DNA of 64,000 nucleotides from Escherichia coli (GTDB lineage Bacteria; Pseudomonadota; Gammaproteobacteria; Enterobacterales; Enterobacteriaceae): NCBI RefSeq assembly GCF_041886205.1, contig NZ_CP169029.1; one strand, 5' to 3'. Shown piece by piece: positions 58,953 to 64,000 of this stretch (position 1 is its first letter; each line of letters starts with the position of its first letter). The notes under the pieces were generated by a model. It saw only the letters and a program-made list of their open reading frames with translations, ran no database searches and was not told where the DNA came from. The position numbers and the translations under genes were made by a program.

Positions 58953-61133
58953 ATGACAACTAAAAATATGAATACGCCACCAGGCAGCACTCAGGAAAAT
59001 GAGATCGATCTGCTTCGTCTGGTCGGCGAGTTATGGGATCACCGTAAGTTTATTATCAGCGTGACCGCGTTATTCACGCTGATCGCTGTCGCTTACTCGC
59101 TGTTAAGCACGCCAATTTATCAGGCAGATACGCTGGTCCAGGTTGAGCAAAAACAGGGCAACGCCATTCTCAGCGGCCTGAGCGATATGATCCCTAACTC
59201 ATCGCCCGAGTCTGCACCGGAGATCCAACTGCTGCAATCGCGCATGATTCTCGGTAAAACCATTGCTGAACTGAATCTGCGCGACATGGTTGAGCAGAAG
59301 TATTTTCCGATTGTGGGTCGCGGCTGGGCGAGATTAACCAAAGAGAAACCAAGTGAGCTGGCGATCAGCTGGATGCATATTCCACAACTGAATGGTCAGG
59401 ATCAGCAACTCACACTCACGGTTGGGGAAAACGGCCACTATACGCTGGAAGGTGAAGGGTTCACCGTCAATGGTATGGTCGGTCAGCGTCTGGAAAAAGA
59501 TGGCGTTGCGCTGACTATCGCGGACATTAAGGCCAAACCAGGAACACAGTTTGTCCTGAGCCAACGTACCGAACTGGAAGCGATTAACGCGTTGCAGGAA
59601 ACCTTTACCGTTAGCGAACGCAGTAAAGAAAGCGGGATGCTGGAACTTACCATGACTGGTAATGATCCCCAGTTGATTACTCGTATTCTGAACAGCATCG
59701 CTAACAACTATTTGCAACAGAATATCGCTCGCCAGGCGGCGCAGGATTCACAAAGCCTTGAATTCTTACAGCGCCAGTTGCCTGAAGTGCGCAGCGAGCT
59801 GGACCAGGCGGAAGAAAAACTCAATGTTTATCGCCAGCAGCGCGATTCGGTTGACCTTAACCTGGAAGCCAAAGCCGTTCTTGAGCAGATTGTGAACGTT
59901 GATAATCAACTCAATGAGCTGACCTTCCGCGAGGCAGAGATCTCCCAGCTGTATAAGAAAGATCACCCAACTTATCGTGCGCTGCTGGAAAAACGCCAGA
60001 CGCTGGAGCAAGAACGCAAACGCCTGAATAAGCGGGTATCGGCAATGCCTTCCACCCAACAGGAAGTGTTGCGTTTAAGCCGTGACGTAGAAGCGGGCCG
60101 TGCGGTATATCTGCAATTACTTAACCGCCAGCAGGAGTTGAATATTTCGAAATCCAGTGCCATTGGTAACGTGCGGATTATCGACCCGGCAGTCACTCAG
60201 CCGCAGCCAGTGAAACCGAAAAAAGCGTTGAATGTGGTGCTTGGTTTTATTCTTGGCCTGTTTATTTCGGTGGGTGCCGTGCTGGCGCGTGCGATGTTGC
60301 GTCGTGGTGTAGAAGCCCCGGAACAACTGGAAGAGCACGGCATCAGCGTTTATGCCACTATCCCAATGTCCGAGTGGCTGGATAAACGTACCCGTCTGCG
60401 TAAGAAAAATTTATTTTCTAATCAGCAGCGCCATCGTACTAAAAATATCCCCTTCCTGGCGGTGGATAACCCGGCAGATTCTGCTGTGGAAGCCGTACGT
60501 GCGCTACGAACCAGTCTGCACTTCGCTATGATGGAGACGGAGAATAACATTCTGATGATCACCGGTGCGACGCCAGACAGTGGTAAAACGTTTGTCAGTT
60601 CAACTCTGGCAGCGGTGATCGCCCAGTCCGATCAAAAAGTGTTATTTATTGATGCCGACTTACGCCGTGGTTATTCGCATAACCTGTTTACCGTGAGTAA
60701 TGAACATGGCTTGTCGGAATATCTGGCAGGTAAAGATGAGCTCAACAAAGTGATCCAGCATTTTGGCAAAGGAGGCTTTGATGTGATTACTCGCGGTCAG
60801 GTGCCACCTAACCCGTCTGAACTGCTGATGCGCGATCGGATGCGTCAATTACTGGAATGGGCGAACGACCATTACGATCTGGTGATTGTCGATACGCCGT
60901 CGATGCTGGCGGTGAGTGATGCCGCGGTCGTGGGGCGTTCTGTTGGCACCAGCCTGCTGGTTGCGCGTTTTGGCTTGAACACCGCCAAAGAGGTGAGTTT
61001 GTCAATGCAGCGTCTGGAACAGGCAGGCGTCAATATTAAAGGCGCTATCCTCAATGGTGTGATTAAACGCGCCAGCACCGCTTACAGTTACGGCTATAAC
61101 TATTACGGTTATAGTTACTCCGAGAAAGAGTAA
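58953..61133 (+). CDS. etk: BY-kinase Etk (tyrosine autokinase, Wzc paralogue)
   Basis: 726-aa ORF; Walker A (GATPDSGKT) and C-terminal Tyr cluster (YSYGYNYYGYSY). Confidence 0.9.
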   Translation: MTTKNMNTPPGSTQENEIDLLRLVGELWDHRKFIISVTALFTLIAVAYSLLSTPIYQADTLVQVEQKQGNAILSGLSDMIPNSSPESAPEIQLLQSRMILGKTIAELNLRDMVEQKYFPIVGRGWARLTKEKPSELAISWMHIPQLNGQDQQLTLTVGENGHYTLEGEGFTVNGMVGQRLEKDGVALTIADIKAKPGTQFVLSQRTELEAINALQETFTVSERSKESGMLELTMTGNDPQLITRILNSIANNYLQQNIARQAAQDSQSLEFLQRQLPEVRSELDQAEEKLNVYRQQRDSVDLNLEAKAVLEQIVNVDNQLNELTFREAEISQLYKKDHPTYRALLEKRQTLEQERKRLNKRVSAMPSTQQEVLRLSRDVEAGRAVYLQLLNRQQELNISKSSAIGNVRIIDPAVTQPQPVKPKKALNVVLGFILGLFISVGAVLARAMLRRGVEAPEQLEEHGISVYATIPMSEWLDKRTRLRKKNLFSNQQRHRTKNIPFLAVDNPADSAVEAVRALRTSLHFAMMETENNILMITGATPDSGKTFVSSTLAAVIAQSDQKVLFIDADLRRGYSHNLFTVSNEHGLSEYLAGKDELNKVIQHFGKGGFDVITRGQVPPNPSELLMRDRMRQLLEWANDHYDLVIVDTPSMLAVSDAAVVGRSVGTSLLVARFGLNTAKEVSLSMQRLEQAGVNIKGAILNGVIKRASTAYSYGYNYYGYSYSEKE

Positions 61134-61252
61134 AACTGAAGGTAAAGTGACCGGATGCGGCGTGAACGCCTTTTCCGGTCTACGCATTAGACAGTTCTTC
61201 GTTTGTCATCAGCCTCAGAGCATTCAGGTAGCTGAATGCTCTTTTTTATGCA

Positions 61253-62551
61253 TTACAAACTGCACGCCGGTATGCGTGCTTCATTCACGATTTGCGTAAA
61301 ACCTGCCAACGAACACATGCCCTGCGCATTTCGCTCTTCACATCCTGCCAGGGTCAGTTTCACCTCTCCGGGCGGCGTATTTAATGACAGCGGCGTTTTA
61401 TCACGCATCTGCTGTAAAGTCTGGAAGACCAGCGAAACCTGAATCCACTGGCTGTTATCGCTAAGCCGACGCCAGCGTTCAAACACCAGTTCACCACCTG
61501 GCGGCGTGTTATCCGGCTGACCTGGAAGCGTCCAGTTGAGCTCCAGTGCGCCGCCGAGATTTGCCAGATTAGTATCGTGTCCGGCGATAAACAGCACTGA
61601 AGTGGGTAATGTCACACCATACGCCTGTTTTTGCGGTGGATGGGGCGTCAACGCTGTCTTGATCAAATCTAACAACGGGGTGGCGCGACTGCGGGCAACC
61701 TCTGGTGTGCGTTGCAGCAAATAAAACTGCGCGTTATGCAAGCTTAGCAAGGTGTTCCACTGGTGTGAATCGGTGATCCTTCCCCACCCCGGCTCCGGCA
61801 TTCCCTGTGCTTGTTGCAGGAGAAATATCTCCGTCAGCATTGATGCGAGGCTTACCGCACCGGTTAATGAGACATTGTCGGCGCTCACCTTGAGTTCCGA
61901 TGGTAATGCCTGCGTTAATGAACAGCTTTCGTCCTGTTTCTCACGGTTAAGGCACAAGTTTGATTGCGGGAAATTAAGCACCCGTTCCAGTTCGCGAAAC
62001 GCCGTTTGCCGATGCCCGGTAAAGTCAGCAATTGACCCTCCTGCCCTGCTGAGGATCGCGTCCGTCACGTTCGCGTTATCCAGTTGGCAAACGCCAGTTT
62101 TTAGAGGATTAAATAACGGATCGGGACTGGACGTATCTGCCTGGGTATGTACGGTTATTGCACAGTCAGGTGCCAGCCCGGCGGCGAAGGCTTCGCCTGT
62201 TTTACGGGTACGCTCGTCGACATCAGCAATAATCGCGACCTGACCAGGCTGCGGGCAGCCCTTTTTCGCCAGCAATCCGTCAGCCACCAGACGCTGGCGT
62301 TGGTAATGTCCGAGATAAGCGATTAGCTCACCACCGCGCGGTGTCAGCCAACCCAGTTTTACCGGCCAGGTTGGCCATGCGTCTGGGGTGACATCCTGCA
62401 TCAGTTGCGTGGCCTTGGTTGGGGCACGCACACCATGACGACTGACAATCACCACACTTTCCAGCTTCAGCTCCGGCTCACTCTGAGCGAATGTAGATTG
62501 CGGGGTTAACGGTATCAGAAGAGATAAAAATGGGAGCAAGATCGCTTTCAT
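61253..62551 (-). CDS. appA: Periplasmic phytase / acid phosphatase AppA
   Basis: Start MKAILLPFLSLLIPLTPQSTFA... (432 aa); RHGVRAP motif. Confidence 0.9.
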   Translation of the reverse strand: MKAILLPFLSLLIPLTPQSTFAQSEPELKLESVVIVSRHGVRAPTKATQLMQDVTPDAWPTWPVKLGWLTPRGGELIAYLGHYQRQRLVADGLLAKKGCPQPGQVAIIADVDERTRKTGEAFAAGLAPDCAITVHTQADTSSPDPLFNPLKTGVCQLDNANVTDAILSRAGGSIADFTGHRQTAFRELERVLNFPQSNLCLNREKQDESCSLTQALPSELKVSADNVSLTGAVSLASMLTEIFLLQQAQGMPEPGWGRITDSHQWNTLLSLHNAQFYLLQRTPEVARSRATPLLDLIKTALTPHPPQKQAYGVTLPTSVLFIAGHDTNLANLGGALELNWTLPGQPDNTPPGGELVFERWRRLSDNSQWIQVSLVFQTLQQMRDKTPLSLNTPPGEVKLTLAGCEERNAQGMCSLAGFTQIVNEARIPACSL

Positions 62552-62630
62552 CGATATGTTTCCGCTTTTCATATCCGACATTATTGATTGCCTGATGCGA
62601 CGCTAATGCGCCGCATCAGACTTACGTTCG

Positions 62631-62723
62631 TTAACTTTTCAATCGCGGGTCCAGCCATACCAACACAAGGGTGGAGAGCGAACACATCAACAAAATGCCG
62701 ACGAACCAAAGTAAATACCACAT
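62631..62723 (-). CDS. appX: Cytochrome bd-II small subunit AppX
   Basis: Manual translation MWYLLWFVGILLMCSLSTLVLVWLDPRLKS; not in ORF track. Confidence 0.75.
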   Translation of the reverse strand: MWYLLWFVGILLMCSLSTLVLVWLDPRLKS

Positions 62724-62735
62724 TGTTCCTGCTCC

Positions 62736-63872
62736 TTAATACAGCTCGTTTTCGTTACGGCGGAGAGTTTCTGTCGTCATGCGTCCCCACATTTTGTAGT
62801 AGCTCCAGAGAGTGTAGAGCAACACAATGGGCAAAAATATCAGCACGATTACCAACATAATGCTCAGCGTCAGCTGACTGGAAGTACTGTCCCACAACGT
62901 CAGGCTGGAGATCGGACTCACGCTTGACGGCATGACAAAGGGGAACAACGTGATGCCTGCCGTGAAAATCACGCCAAATTGCATCAATGACGCCATTAAA
63001 AATCCCCAACCCGGGCGACCACGATAAATCGCCATCACCGTCAGCAATGGGCAGAAGAACCCCAGCAGCGGGAAGATCCACAAAACGGGCGATTCGACAA
63101 AATTATTCATCCAGGCACCAGGTAGCACTGCCACCAGTTTCATTAACGGATTGGAAGGACCGTTAGCATCCTGGGCGAGCAGTACAAAGCCATCAATACC
63201 GACCCACAGCCAGTAACCCGCCAGCAAAAAGCACAGCATCACCAGTAGTGCGGCGCGTTTAGTCGCCAGCTGTGAACGCAGATGAATCACACCAACAGTT
63301 TTCAGTTGTAACCAGACGCCACCTTGCAAAATCACCATCCCAAGGCTGAGTAATCCGCACAATAAAGGGAATGGCGTCAGCAGTTGCCAGAAGCTGCCGA
63401 GATACTCCACGCGTAATTGCGGTGTGAAGGCAAACGGCACGCCGAGCAACAAGTTGCCGAAGGCGATACCGAAGACTACCGGCGGCACCAGACTGCCGAT
63501 GACCAGACCGGCATCCCACATTTTACGCCAGCGTGCATCGGCAATTTTTCCACGATAATCAAAGGCCAGCGGACGGAAGAACAGCGAGCACAGCACCAGG
63601 ATCATCGCCACATAAAAGCCGGAAAACGCCGCTGCATACACTCTGGGCCAGGCGGCAAATAATGCCCCACCTGCGAGGATCAACCAGACCTGATTGCCTT
63701 CCCAGTGCGCACCAACGCTATTAATCACTATCCGGCGTTCATCATCATTACGCGCCACCAGCGGCAGCAAACAGCCGATCCCCATGTCAAATCCGTCGGA
63801 GATCATAAAGACCACCAGGATCACGCCAATCAGCAGCCACCAGATGAAGCGCAATGTTTCATAATCAAACAT
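62736..63872 (-). CDS. appB: Cytochrome bd-II oxidase subunit II AppB
   Basis: 378-aa polytopic membrane ORF. Confidence 0.9.
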
Positions 63873-63883
63873 GATTTTCTCCT

Positions 63884-64000
63884 TTACCCCTGTTGCTGCG
63901 TCGGTTGTTCACTCTGCATCGCGCTCGGCCCCAGACGGGCATATTTCTGCATCAGGTAGACTTCGGCGATTAAGAACAGGGTGTAAAGCCCTACGATCAT
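63884..64000 (-). CDS. appC: Cytochrome bd-II oxidase subunit I AppC, 3' end only (partial)
   Basis: Open minus-strand frame ending ...[11 protein letters not shown] at 63884; continues beyond window end. Confidence 0.7.

Overview
Escherichia coli-type chromosome segment with a roughly 12 kb IS-riddled integrative island (about 4.4-16.3 kb) set between a myo-inositol-type catabolic cluster and the conserved phoH-efeUOB-putPA-rutR/rutABCDEFG-wrbA-agp-yccE-cbpAM-torDAC/torR/torT/torS-yccM-cspGH-gfc/etp/etk-appABC block. All calls are by eye from the sequence and recalled protein families; no searches were run. The island has a CP4-57/P4-like layout (P4-type integrase, AlpA-like regulator, a gene split by IS186, a YagK/YfjJ-like gene), plus IS2 and IS1-family remnants, a 181-bp tandem repeat array beside the integrase, and an AT-rich 605-aa orphan ORF between integrase and alpA. 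That orphan ORF is the best candidate for an undescribed (possibly anti-phage) function. Other notable points: IS3 interrupts gfcA, phoH appears frameshifted, efeU is intact, and YccE carries OTU-protease-like Cys/His motifs.
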